Part shown: piece by piece, positions 1-12,355 of the stretch | Position numbering within the stretch: position 1 is the stretch's first letter | Layout of the letters: each line of letters starts with the position of its first letter | NCBI GenBank assembly: GCA_964016885.1 | Contig: OZ024743.1 | Coordinates: 171,554,001-171,618,000 of the forward strand | DNA from: Eledone cirrhosa | Taxonomy: Eukaryota | DNA length: 64,000 nucleotides | Direction of reading: 5' to 3' | Notes under the pieces: model-generated | Told to the model about the DNA's origin: nothing | What the model saw: the letters and a program-made list of their open reading frames with translations, nothing else | The model's database searches: none | Made by a program: the position numbers and the translations under genes

Positions 1-87
1 GTGTGTTTATGTGTATGTGTGTTTTTATTTATGTGGTGATGTAACAATTTGTGTATATGGGTGTGTGTATATAAGTCTACGTATATG

Positions 88-166
<79 letters not shown>

Positions 167-412
167 GTATATAGTTGTGTGTGTGTGTGTGTGTATATAT
201 ATACATACACACACACACATACATTATTATATACAGAGTTATTAAATGTTTATTTTCATTGATTATTTGCTCCAGGAAACTGTTGAGTGCTCTAAATCAG
301 CTATAAACATTTATACCTTTATTTTTTATTTTTCCTATTCTTAACTATTTGAATAGCCCTTCCACCTTTTTATTTTTATATTTATATATGTATATATGTA
401 TATATATGTGTG

Positions 413-477
<65 letters not shown>

Positions 478-488
478 GTATGTGTGTA

Positions 489-519
<31 letters not shown>

Positions 520-862
520 GTATGTGCGTGCGTATGTATGTGTACGTACTTATGCGTATGTGTGTATGTATATCTTAATCTATTGTTTTTTATATTTAGG
601 TTTTTTATATATATGTTTTTTATATATGAGTAACTTTATATATATATATGTGTGTATGTCGTTGTATGTATTTTTTCTCATGTATATGTGTACGTGAATG
701 TATTTATATGTTTTTCGATATATGTATATTCACATACATTTATATATATGTTCCTATTCGTGATTGTGAGTATATGCATGCGTATCAATGTGTATGAACG
801 TGAATATGTATATGTGTGTGTATGTTTTTTATATATATGTATGTGTATGTATATATGTATGA

Positions 863-910
<48 letters not shown>

Positions 911-1072
911 GTATGTATATACATGTATATATTTATGTGTGCGTGTATATGTATTTGTATGTATACACTTTTCTGTGTATATGTTTGTACTGTGTATAAT
1001 TATGTGTGTGTATTTTTCTGTGTATGTGTATATATATATGTGTATGTGTATGCATGTATATATATATATATA

Positions 1073-1150
<78 letters not shown>
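1..1150. repeat. compound (TA)n/(TG)n microsatellite field
   Basis: Direct inspection. The ORFs here are YI/CV dipeptide artefacts. Confidence 0.95.
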
Positions 1151-1153
<3 letters not shown>

Positions 1154-1574
1154 TTAGTTATACTATTTATGGTTATGTAAATACAAAACCTTAAGCAGTT
1201 GTAAGTATTTTACACACACCCTAAATAGTGGTAGGCAGTAATGTATTACTACCTTATTACCAGTAAGTTAAGTAGCTCAATGTAAAAACATCAGATGTAC
1301 ACAGGTACACCATACTCGAATCCATGCATCTATTCCGTAGTGGGCACTTATCCGGTAGGTGGCAATTACAATTTGAGGTTTTTCTGTGTGCAGGTCCTCC
1401 GTTGAGCATGCGTATCAATGAGTATGAATGTGAATATGTATATGTGTGTATATGTGTGTGTATGTTTTTTATATATATGTGTGTGTATGTATATGTATAT
1501 ATGTATGTGTGTATATATATATAAATATATACGATATTAAATAAATGGAAACTATATTTATAAAACCATATCTA

Positions 1575-1636
1575 TTTCATTATATATATTTCAGGGATAT
1601 CATATTAACAATATGCTATGCCTTCCTCAGACAAAA
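1575..1636 (-). ncRNA. minimal type I hammerhead ribozyme (inverted copy of 2567-2628)
   Basis: Reverse complement of 2567-2628 inside the inverted-repeat arm. Confidence 0.7.
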
Positions 1637-2566
1637 TACAATATAAACAGTTTTATAGATAAATAGATTTGACATACCGTACAACATCGACTTGTATTTG
1701 AAAAGTTGAATTGGCAGTGAAAAAATTGTACACAATATATTAATATTAATATATTGAAATCTGCTCTCTATTTCTGCTTGATAGATAATCTTGTAGAGTA
1801 AAGACAAGAATAGTAGTAATATAGACTCTATATATATATGTGTGTATATATATACACATATATGTATACTTAAATTTTTATAGCACAATGAGAATGTTTT
1901 CCGTGAACTTAGGGTTTGCAGAGTTGATCATGTAAATTCACATAGATGTTTGTACTTATCACATAAACATATGAATTTTTTTTTTTAAACTAAACATAAG
2001 ATCATCACTTTTCACACATTATGGATACATGTCTCATTCAGGAATACTGATATTTACAATATAGTGGCTGGTTTTTATACATACTAATACCTCTACATTA
2101 AAACATAGGGTTTTTATGCCTCGCCTATGTCTGGTTATTTTTAATTTTTCTCTCTATATAACAGCTGGTTTCTCTCCTAACCACATATATCTCCCTTACA
2201 TTAATACTAGAGCTAAATAAATAAATAAATAAATAAATGTATCATTGATACGTTTACTCAACGGATGTCCCACTACCTAGTTTTCTATATATATATCTAT
2301 CTCTATTTCCTCTCTCTCTATATATATATATATCTCTCTGTTTCTTTACATGAAGTTCTTCTCTTTATCTATCTTTCCATCTCTCTATTTTGTTCCATGC
2401 ATTTCTTCTTTTTCTTCTTTTTCTTCGTTTTCTGTCTTTCTTTCCTTTTTTCTCTCTTTCTTTCTCTCTGTGTACAATTTTTTCACTGCCAATTCAACTT
2501 TTCAAATACAAGTCGATGTTGTACGGTATGTCAAATCTATTTATCTATAAAACTGTTTATATTGTA

Positions 2567-2628
2567 TTTTGTCTGAGGAAGGCATAGCATATTGTTAATA
2601 TGATATCCCTGAAATATATATAATGAAA
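2567..2628 (+). ncRNA. minimal type I hammerhead ribozyme (PLE-type)
   Basis: TTTTGT-CTGAGGA-A-stem II-GAAA-TATATA-TA-ATGAAA. Core intact, palindromic stem III, stem I with GU pairs. Confidence 0.7.
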
Positions 2629-2794
2629 TAGATATGGTTTTATAAATATAGTTTCCATTTATTTAATATCGTATATATTTATATATATATACACACATAC
2701 ATATATACATATACATACACACACATATATATAAAAAACATACACACACATATACACACATATACATATTCACATTCATACTCATTGATACGCA

Positions 2795-3230
2795 TGCTCA
2801 ACGGAGGACCTGCACACAGAAAAACCTCAAATTGTAATTGCCACCTACCGGATAAGTGCCCACTACGGAATAGATGCATGGATTCGAGTATGGTGTACCT
2901 GTGTACTGTAAATTCAGGCAACTCTACTTGGCACTACATAGGTTCCACGGCTGGGGCGGTCAAGAAAATGTGGTGCGTCCACAGACACTCCATGAAGAAC
3001 CGTAGACTGGAGAACTCTACGACGCTCGCCAATAAAATCTGGCAACTTAAAATCAAAAACCAAGAATATAAGATTAGCTGGTCAAAATTAACGGTAGCTA
3101 GGGCCTACAGCAACGGAATGTCCCACTGCGGACTTTGGAATTTAGAACTACTCCATATTTTAAGGTACGATGGGATGCTGCTTAACAGCAAAATAGAAAA
3201 ATTAATTTTCTGTAGGCATAAAATAGCTAC
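2795..3230 (+). mobile_element. Penelope-like element (Naiad-like) GIY-YIG endonuclease fragment, 5'-truncated
   Basis: CNCHLPDKCPLRNRC, MVYLCTV...HYIGST, TTLANKIW and CRHK motifs in ORF 2785-3255. Embedded in microsatellite. Confidence 0.85.
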
Positions 3231-3424
3231 GTGTATGTGTTATATATGTGTGTGAGTCATATATGTGTGTGTGTGTGTCATATATATGTGTGTGTCATAT
3301 ATATGTGTGTGTGTGTCACAGTTTTTAAGTTAGAAACATATATATGTGTGTATCCCATTCCTTCCTTTTACACACACATACATTCACAGAGACACACACA
3401 CATTTTGTGACGGATGGATGGACA

Positions 3425-4090
3425 GAAGTCGCTCAAATCTATATACATGTGAATGGAGTTCCACTGAAGCAGGTGGAGAAGTTAAAGTATCTCAGGGCCG
3501 TGTTCATGAGTGATGGAAGGCAGAAGGCTGAATTAAGTGCAATAATTGCAAAAGCTGATGCAGTAATGCACCAGCTTCAGCATTCAGTAACCAAGATAGG
3601 GAGGTAAGTGTAAAAGTCAAACTCGCTGTCTTCCTGGTATTCCTGCCAACTCTTACCGAGGGTCATGAATCTTGGGTGTTGACCAAAAGAATAAAATTGC
3701 AAATAAAAGCGGCAGAAATGGGGTTCCTCAGAAGGGTCTTTGGAGTAACGTTACTCGATAAAGTGCATATCTCAGAGACCAGAGAGTCACTCCTGGTAGA
3801 GCCGCTACTTCTCCAAATTGAGAGATCACAACTCCGAGGCTATGGACATGTGGTTAGAATGTCTCAGTAAAGAATCGCTGGACAGATTTTACAGGCAAAA
3901 CCAAACGGCAAGGGACCTAGAGGTAGACCCTAAGCAAGATAGTTGGATAACATCCATGAGCTTGGCTGGTCACACTTTTGGATCCAGCTGGATCAGTTAG
4001 AGATGTTTGCTTCTGACAGACTCGCTGGAAAGAGTGTTTTAGGAGGATTCTGTCCCCACGACCTTCTCAGAAATAAGTGGGCGAAGAAGA
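3425..4090 (+). mobile_element. RTE-clade LINE, 3' fragment (decayed)
   Basis: LKQVEKLKYL, GHESWVLT, AAEMGFLRRV, QLRGYGHVVRM and RPRGRP motifs, with stops and frameshifts. Confidence 0.85.
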
Positions 4091-4094
4091 TATT

Positions 4095-4209
4095 GTCAAT
4101 TGTCTTTTCAATTTAAATATCATATCTATAAGCATATATATTTGCGTATAAAACTAATACGCACACTTCATATGCTAACAGAAAACCGCTCGGGCGGTTT
4201 TTCTGCTAG
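4095..4209 (+). mobile_element. non-autonomous Helitron-like 3' end
   Basis: Hairpin CAGAAAACCGC-TCGG-GCGGTTTTTCTG followed by CTAG|T. Homologous to the minus-strand element at 50208. Confidence 0.55.
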
Positions 4210-4299
4210 TAATATATAACGTTGACAGTGATAAAAGGCTGAACAATGCAAACTGGACTGTAAGATGAGGTAACGAAAAGTAAAAGTTATCAGATAATC

Positions 4300-6557
4300 T
4301 TTGTTTTGTTTTGTTTTGTTTTGTTGTCGTTGTTCTTTTATCTGTCCAATATTTCGGGACCTAAAAGTCCCTTCTTCAGGGTTTAAGGAATCTTCAGTGG
4401 ATAATGTTCCAATTTTTTCTCTTTGGGATAAAATTTTTATTTAGATAAAAAAAAATATTTTAGTCGTTTTCAAGCGCTTTTCGATGGTTGCTTCGCTTTC
4501 CACGTGAATGACGTCAATTGCCAATATAGTATTTCGCGAAATCAATTTTCTTTTTTATATGAGATGTTTAGTTTGTATGCTTGTGGGTCTATCTTTTTAT
4601 GTTAAGTACTGTGTGCTGAGTTCTAATCCATTTTATTTATTTGTGGGTTGAGTCTACGTATGAGCAAGGCTTCCTTAATTCTTAAGTTGCCCACATTTCT
4701 ATCACTGGCTTTAATGGTAATGGTAATATGTTGGTTGGTGTTTCTACATTTGTCGATGTCTTTTTTTAATGAGGATTTGCCTGTGTTGAGGTGTTCTTTA
4801 ATGCGAGTGTGGAGTGCTCCAGACGTGCTACCAATGTAGAACTCCTTATATTTGTTGCATTCAATCCGGTATAACACATGTGTCCGCAGTATCGCGGATA
4901 GGCTAGTTAGTCAGCGAGATTTGATTGTTGTTGTCTCGGGATTGCTTTTGAGACAGGTATCCACGCAGTGAAGGGCCGGAGTGTGCTAACTGTATGTCCA
5001 GTCCTTCTTTGCGGATAGCTCTGCGGATAGCTGTGGTTATGCTTTCGCTGAAATGTGGTAATTTCCTGAAGCAGGTGTTAGTCGATTCATTGCGGGTGTT
5101 GGGTATCCATTCGTATTCAGTACATCTATGAAGTGTGCAGTATCGGTGATCTGGTTCTCTGTCTTGTTACATTTATTCCGGATACGCTTAAGTTCATTTC
5201 TTGTGTATCCGGTTTTAGCACCAAGGGGAAGGGATGATCTATAATGCACAAATAGGTCTCTGTTGGCAGCTTTCTTATAGAGCTTGGTGTATATAGTACC
5301 TTCATCTGTTACTCTAAGTTGGAAGTCCAGCAGAGACAAGGAAACATTTTTTTATCGGGGTGCTCTGTGTTTGAAAATGCCGTAGATATTATGTCGGTCT
5401 CTTCACGGGATGATGTGAAGATGAGTATATCATCTATGTATCGGGTGAAGAAAACACAGAAGCGGCAGGTGTTTAGCGCTCGATGTTCCAGTTGGTATAT
5501 ATAGGTGATGGCTAGAAGGCCTGAAAGACTGGACCCTATGGGTAGGCCTGTGGTTTGGTTGTATGTGTGGTGGTAGAAAATGAAATAAACATATTCTACG
5601 ATGACGGATAGAAGCTGATGTATGTCTTGTGGAGTGAGGTCAGAGCAATATATATTGTATGAAATGATGCTGTCAGTCACTAGGTTGACCGCTGGATGAG
5701 CGGGTACTGTCGTGTAGAGGGAAACAACGTCGAAGCTAAAGGCATATTTGTCAAGTTTAAGTTGGTTAGGTTGTAGTTGTATGACTTCGTCGGAGCTGCT
5801 GACATGTCCAGGAAAAGTAGCAAGCATAGGCTCTGAGAGGAACCAAGAGATTTTATAGAGGGGTCCTTCTATACTCGAGACAATTTGACTAATATGTAGA
5901 TTAACACTGTTTTGTGGGTTTAAATGAGGTGGTAGAACGTTGGAAGTCTGCTGTTTCTAGTGGTGAGGTTGTTTTTATATTTGTTGGGGAGTTGTCTACG
6001 TCTGCAGATATACGTCCAGGTTGTGTTGATGTGATCTTCAATCTGGGATGCAGCTATGTCTGTCACTTCTGTATATAGTTCACCGTTATTAAGGTGCTCA
6101 TATGCCCAACTGTTGTACGTGTCTCTCGAGATAACGCAGAATTCTTTCCCTTTGTTGGAAGGGAGGTATATGAGGTCCTTCTCTCGCATGGTGTTTAAAA
6201 TGGGGTGTTCTTTCCTGGAATGTTTAGGGAGTACCTTCTTATGTTTCAGTAATATGCTAAAAATAGACTCATTAAGTCTGGAGAGTTTGAGGTCAAGCTC
6301 TCGTTTGATAGGCGGTGAAGAATAAGACTGACACAGCTTCGGTCGTTGGCTCACTAACTCAATATTTAAAATCTGTATTATTAAGACACAAACCCAAGAA
6401 AAATTAGAATGCACACGTATACATTAATTAGGGAGAAGAACGATTTCGTGTGGGTGGAAAATTAGATTTTCCGGCCACGGACCAATCTATCTTCTCCATG
6501 GGACTTGTTCTCTTTGATCTTCTTATTGCTCTGTGAAGTTCCTCTCTGGCGAAGGGT

Positions 6558-6558
<1 letters not shown>
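4300..6558 (-). mobile_element. Penelope-like retroelement, near full length and decayed (RT + GIY-YIG)
   Basis: PSNKG, PTFYHLIK, FSFDVVSLYT, GLPIGSSLS, RYIDDIL, LLDFQL and LYRIEC..FYIGST..RIKEH..IKEALLI motifs across ORFs 5920-6414, 5309-5827, 5037-5339 and 4623-4877. The 5' end abuts (TA)n. Confidence 0.92.
4345..4383 (-). ncRNA. minimal hammerhead-like motif in the PLE 3' UTR
   Basis: CC-CTGAAGA-A-GGGAC/GTCCC-GAAATATT-GG. Stem I is only 2 bp. Confidence 0.55.
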
Positions 6559-6591
<33 letters not shown>

Positions 6592-6632
6592 CGAAACATA
6601 AGTCAATTGCATGAACTCATAATCCTTTATTT

Positions 6633-6694
6633 ACTGCTATATATATTTCGATGATAGCCATTGCCATTGAATGGCTATGACCTCATCAGGCAGT
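6633..6694 (-). ncRNA. minimal type I hammerhead ribozyme in an isolated PLE 3' remnant
   Basis: ACTGC-CTGATGA-stem II (ATAGCCATT/AATGGCTAT)-GAAA-TATATA-TA-GCAGT. 5-bp stem I, core intact. Confidence 0.8.
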
Positions 6695-6757
6695 TAGTCA
6701 GTTCTTAGATATGCCAGCTCTGTGTTTATGGTGTTGATGGTATCAGAGCCTTGGGAC

Positions 6758-6892
<135 letters not shown>

Positions 6893-7050
6893 AATATTTA
6901 AGTATCGTGAGAGAGAAGAAGAGGTTTAAAGGGATAAGCGATACTTATAGGTAGTTGCCAAAAGGTTGTGTATTTATGCTTAATACTTTTGCCTACAGGG
7001 TTAAATATTGGAAGCGTTAATATTTAGCGGGCAAGAAGATAAGCAGAGCG
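6893..7050 (-). mobile_element. PLE 3'-terminal segment homologous to 10981-11138
   Basis: Reverse complement aligns by eye with the tail of the 9060-11138 element. Ends at a (TC)n/(TA)n microsatellite. Confidence 0.7.
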
Positions 7051-7055
7051 GTTAC

Positions 7056-7151
7056 AAATGAAAGGATTACAAAGGAGAATATATACTGTCAGAACATGTT
7101 TATATAAACATGTTCTGACAGTATATATTCTCCTTTGTAATCCGTTCATTT
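7056..7151. repeat. 96-bp spacerless palindrome with one mismatch
   Basis: Centre is TATATA at 7101-7106. Arms are complementary except 7063/7144. Confidence 0.95.
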
Positions 7152-7172
7152 ATATATATATATATATATATA

Positions 7173-8330
7173 CAGTGCTGATGTTTGTGATTTAGTCGGC
7201 CTATTCCTCCTACACACACTTAAAGAGAAATTCCCTAACCATATTTTGGGGCTTTACGGCGACGATGGTCTAATACTTTCCCATACCACCATAGACCATA
7301 ACTTAGATAGATTAAGGAAAGACTTAATAAACACCTTCGCTAGTTTTAATCTTAAAATTACTATTGACATTAACCTTTCCAATGTTAATTTTCTAGATAT
7401 AAACATAGATCTGCCTACTGCTTCTTATAAACCATACCATAAACCTAATGAAAATTTAAAATACATAAATAAAGGCTCTTGCCATCCTCCTATAGTTTTT
7501 AAAAACCTTATCCCTAATATTAGCCGTAGGATCTCCACCCTCTCTTCCTCAGAAGCTATTTTCAATAAGGCATCCCCTACTATAATAAAGCCCTTCAAAA
7601 TAGCGGATTTAGCGAACCGATTAAGTACATACCCAACAATACTAACTCCTTTAAACATAATAATAGGAAAAGAAAAATAATCTGGTTCACCCCCCCCCCC
7701 CCCCCTTACTCTTTAGCAGTTAAAACTAAAGTAGGCAAAAAATTCCTAGAGCTCTTAGATAAACATTTCCATAGAACACATAGATACTATAAGATCTTCA
7801 ATAGAAACTGTGTCAAAATTAGCTACTCCTGCCGTCCCCCTATTAAATCTTATATCATCAATAAGAAAACACCCAGAGAACATCAAAATTGCTCCTGTAG
7901 AGTCAAAAGTGAATTACAAGGTAAATGCAACACCAAAGCCATTGTATATGCGGCTAAAGTGACAATCATCAGCAACAACCAACCAGCCACCAGCGAACGA
8001 TATGTGGGTATGACACAAGACAAATTCAAAACGCGTTATTACTCACATGTCGCATCTTTCCGACATCCAGAAAAAAGATTTACAACAGCTCTGGCTAGCA
8101 GAATATGGGATTTGTAAGACCAAAGTATCCAATATAAATTGGATTGGTCAATTTTGAACCAATCTAAAGAATATGCAAGAGGAACAAGAAGATGCACACT
8201 CTGCATAAGTGAAAAATATTGGATTTTACAGAACCTTAAATCAACAAAAACCTGCCTAAACGCAAAAAACAGAAATTTTCACCAGTTGCCCACACATGAA
8301 ATCACACTTGCTCATATAAACTTAACTCAC
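7173..8330 (+). mobile_element. Naiad-like PLE, 5'-truncated (RT C-terminal part, thumb, GIY-YIG)
   Basis: ADVCDLVGL, GLYGDDGL, VNFLDI, PYHKPN, IIWFTPP..YS, CSC, RYVGMT and CTLCISEK motifs. Frameshifted. Starts directly after (TA)n. Confidence 0.9.
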
Positions 8331-9059
8331 TTTCAGATACTTATCCTCCATAAACTCTTGTTCTTCACTTTCCTTAAATTATCCTCTTTACAGACTTCTC
8401 TTTCTGATTTACTTTCATTTTTAACTTTATTTTTAATTTTATTTTTATTTTTACTTCACATACACCAGTGAACCCTCCCCCCCCCTACTTTTTGATTCAC
8501 TTACCTAATATCTTCATATTCCACATTTTACTTCCCCATTTTCATTCACTACCTGATAATACTGTCACTTGCGTTTTCAACTCCAGATATATTCTGTTGG
8601 TTCGCAGCCGCTTTTATATTTGTACTCATTTATTCATACGGCTGGTTTATAATTTGTATCTATGCGTGTGAGTGTGCATATGTGTGTATACGTTCTGTAT
8701 ATGTATCCGAGCGCCTCCGTATGTGTGCATGCGTGCGTACATATATGTGTGTGTATGTGTTTTTATATCTATGTTTTTTACATACTTATTTATACGTGTG
8801 TGTGTATGTGGGTTAATATATGTGTATATGTATGTATATATATATATATATATATATGTATGTAAATGTGTGTATGTATATATATATATATATAGTCGCG
8901 TACGTACGTGTGATTGGATATACATGTGGCGATATATATGTGCCTCGTGTGTATGTATGTACGCATGTGTGCGCTTTTGTCTGTACGTATTTATATGTAT
9001 ATATATTTATATATATATATGTGTTTACGTGCGTACTATATTTTTTTTATTTTTTCTAT

Positions 9060-11135
9060 GCCTCCAACCACCCTAAGCAGACTCTCAACTCCATAGTCTA
9101 TAGTATCTCACATAGAATCTCGAGACTATCCGCCAATGAGGATATCTTCAACCAAGCGGCAGATTACTACAATACGGCCTTGATAAGCGCCGGCTTTAAC
9201 CGCGGAATTTCCTACATCCCGAACGCTAGCTCTAGAAAACCCCCCTCATAAAACGAACGTTATAGTAAGCCATACCTATAACCGATCACGCGGCGACCTC
9301 GTTGAAGTCGGATATAGTAGAATAGATAACCGCACTAAAGATCACGACCCCGGCGATGGTGACCACTGTAGATTACTCGAACGATTCCCCTATTACAAAA
9401 CCAACAAAGGCGACGGCCTACTACCAACGCCTTCCAACCAACATCTTCCTGTACATAAACATGGAAGAGGTAGTGCACCCGAGCATAAAGTGAAAAGTGC
9501 ACTGAACGGGCGACTGCGCATTAACACACATAAGAGCGGTCACCTAGATGGAACCACCCGTAGCAAACGTACAAGGACACGTAATCACCACCGTAACGTC
9601 CTATGGTCCCCGCCTACTCTCGGAGTGTGGCCTCCAACATACCCCGGATGTTCTTCGAAGCCTTAGAGAAGAACTTCCCGCCCAACCATAGGTATAGAAA
9701 AATTCTTAATAGGATCAATATAAAAATATCCTTCTCTACTACTCCTAACCTAGCAGACATCATAGGAACAATGAACCACAGTAAGATCACCAAGACACAG
9801 CACCTCGACACAGACGCACCTACACCTGACAATAACTATATCGGCCTTGACAACTCCCTAATAGCATCCCATAGTGTTGGCAACGGCATCCGCAGACGCA
9901 ACCAGCATAACCGCGAAATGACTGGGGAACATGCAGGACAAGACGTGCGGAATAACAATCGCACCACCCGGCGTGCTGTGGGTTGTAATGGTGCTAACGA
10001 CGGCTGCGGTAGCGTAGGTAACAACGTAGGCAGCAACAATGATAGCCTTACCGTGGGAAATAGACGGAACAGCGACAGAAATTGCAACTGCCGCGACAGA
10101 GGACGCTGCCCCCTTAGAGGATACTGCTTGACTGATAGGGTTATATATAGATGCACTATAACTAGCCACAATAGCGTTAAACATTATATAGGGGCTACCT
10201 CCGGGCCGTTCAAAATGAGGTTTCGAACACATCTCCACTCTTTCACAAATAAAAAACTTAGACACACCACTTCGCTCGAAGACTACATCACATCACTAAA
10301 GGACTTAAACATCATCTTATCCACGCACTGGGATATTGTCGGCAGGGCTGCACCGTACAACTTCAAGAGGAAATGCGATCTTTGCCTCATGGAGCTCTAC
10401 CACATCATAACTGCACCCCACGAGCTCATCAACAGCAGAGCTAAAACAGCGAAAAGTTTAACACATCGCTTAAAAATATCCTTCTTCAGATGGGTTAATG
10501 ATGAGGAGTGAAACCGTGCACCGGATCTCCCTGCAACAAGTCTTAACACCCCGGCGGGCAGGCGCTGCAAAATAACACCCAGGAAACTATCCTTGCATAC
10601 CAGACCCAGCCTCAAACGACTCAGACAAACAGATGCGGCAAAAAAAACTCTCAAAATAAACGTTGATTACATGCGTATCGACAATGTTAAGGTTGTAACC
10701 TCATCTCGTAGCGGAAACAAAAATTTGTCCGGGAAAGACTGCCCTAACACCGGCCAGAGTTACCTTCCTTGACCTGCTGCAAAATCAAAACAAGCTATTT
10801 TTGCGAGCAATGAACCTTGACGTGGATTTAACCCCAAAACTCTTTCCGAGCAATGTAAGGAATACTTTTGATTATTTATGCCCTTGAGAGGCCCAATTGG
10901 GCGAAACGTACGTAGGTGCTGTTTTAAATAAACATGTTTTAACGGTCTCTTCTCCGATTTCTTACTTTCCCACGTGCTTACGCTCTGCTAACTCTCTTGC
11001 CCACTAAATATTAACACTTCGAATATTTAATTCTGCCGGCACTAGTATCGAGCACCTTTGGCATACGCTACTTGGCAAATAACTATATGTATCACTTATC
11101 CTCCCCTTTTTATTCTATCTCTCGATACGTAAATA

Positions 11136-11138
<3 letters not shown>
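9060..11138 (+). mobile_element. Naiad-like PLE, 5'-truncated, with long linkers and complete 3' UTR
   Basis: SNHP..SHRISRLS thumb, CNCRDRGRCPLRGYC, VIYRC..HYIGAT and KCDLCLMELYHI in ORF 9603-10511. Ends in long (TA)n. Confidence 0.9.
10878..10918 (+). ncRNA. hammerhead-like motif with altered core
   Basis: CTTGAGAG-GCCC/GGGC-GAAA-CGTACG-TA-GGT. The CTGANGA box is altered, while stem II and palindromic stem III are intact. Confidence 0.55.
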
Positions 11139-11219
<81 letters not shown>

Positions 11220-11259
11220 TTCAAATATTAAAAAATAGATGTTCTTGTGATCAATCAAA

Positions 11260-11323
11260 TTTTATTATACATCTTTCAGAGGTACTTGAATCAAGTTCAA
11301 CAGTACGTCCTCATCAGATAAAA
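11260..11323 (-). ncRNA. minimal type I hammerhead, slightly decayed, in a PLE 3' remnant
   Basis: TTTTAT-CTGATGA-GGACGTAC...GTACCTCT-GAAA-GATGTA-TA-ATAAAA. Confidence 0.65.
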
Positions 11324-11909
11324 TAAAATGATACATGACATACCCTGACATGTTGGATGGTTAAGATTTAATCAAGGTAGTGATTAACTTATGAGAAAAC
11401 TCAATATTCATACCCTACTAATGAGAACATGCGAAAACGTAATAGAATCAATAGACAGGGTGTGAGTAAGAAAAACATTGCTTTAATGTAACAGTTATCG
11501 AATTTTTAAAGTTTGAAATACTACTGTAGGACTATAGAGGAAGACTATAGATATCTGGAGTTATAATTTTTTAGTTTTTAGTTTGGGAATGCAACTGATA
11601 GATAATTAAAGAGAGGGAGAGATAAAGGGGAGTAATTTATGCACAAATATTCTTCAAACACATATAAACATGTATAGACTTGGCGGTTAAATTTCAAAAT
11701 ATTTAATTTATGTTATTTTAGGGTAACGAATCAAAATTTTAGGTTTTAAAAGTTGATGGTTATTTGTGTTATAAATTTTATAAATGTGTTAAATTTCTAA
11801 AATTCAAAGTTTTATGAAAACAAATTTAAAGGATTTACTAGGCACGCGAAAGAAAATGATGTACTGTTCAATATTCACGCAAAGGTAATATTTAACGATA
11901 TTACTTGTA

Positions 11910-11949
11910 ACAGTGTCAACATATTCCATATGGAATATGTTGACACTGT
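11910..11949. repeat. 40-bp perfect palindrome
   Basis: ACAGTGTCAACATATTCCAT|ATGGAATATGTTGACACTGT. Confidence 0.95.
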
Positions 11950-12316
11950 ATTTACAGTTATAAGTATTTACAGTTATAATTATCAAAGAATTTATTGTTA
12001 AATAGTTATAGTGTCTAAATTATAACAATTAAACCAGAGTTTTCGGCTGTAAATATATATATATGTTGCCATAGGTTATGTATATCAACCTGGCAACATG
12101 TTCTTTTCAAACGTTATATTTGTTTGTATTTATCGGTAAAAATCGGTATTTGCTGTAAAAATATAGCCATATGCATTGGTCACTTCTTTTTCTTGGTGTC
12201 ACACTTTCTTAACTTTGTTTTTACACTGGACTTTTCGAAGCATTGAGTGCTTTGTGTATGCCTCAAACAATTCGATTGGTATCTGTTATACTGCAGCTAC
12301 AACTTCAAATTATACC

Positions 12317-12355
<39 letters not shown>

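Larger units (their letters stand above)
1297..2906. repeat. long inverted repeat, arms 1297-1734 and 2469-2906 (~438 bp), spacer ~734 bp
   Basis: Arms are reverse complements. ORFs 1324+ and 2679-, and 1616- and 2390+, share identical peptides. Confidence 0.95.

Noticed and set aside
2016-2050. HIMDTCLIQ resembling the next aminopeptidase exon (MDTWT.Q)
   Set aside because: Wrong strand, in-frame stop, and no GYP motif.
3121-3150. Selenoprotein-type Naiad (UGA for Cys plus SECIS)
   Set aside because: Conserved Cys codons in the Naiad-like copies are TGT/TGC. The one exception is TGG in CGLW here, best explained as decay. I saw no SECIS core in the 10981-11138 tail.
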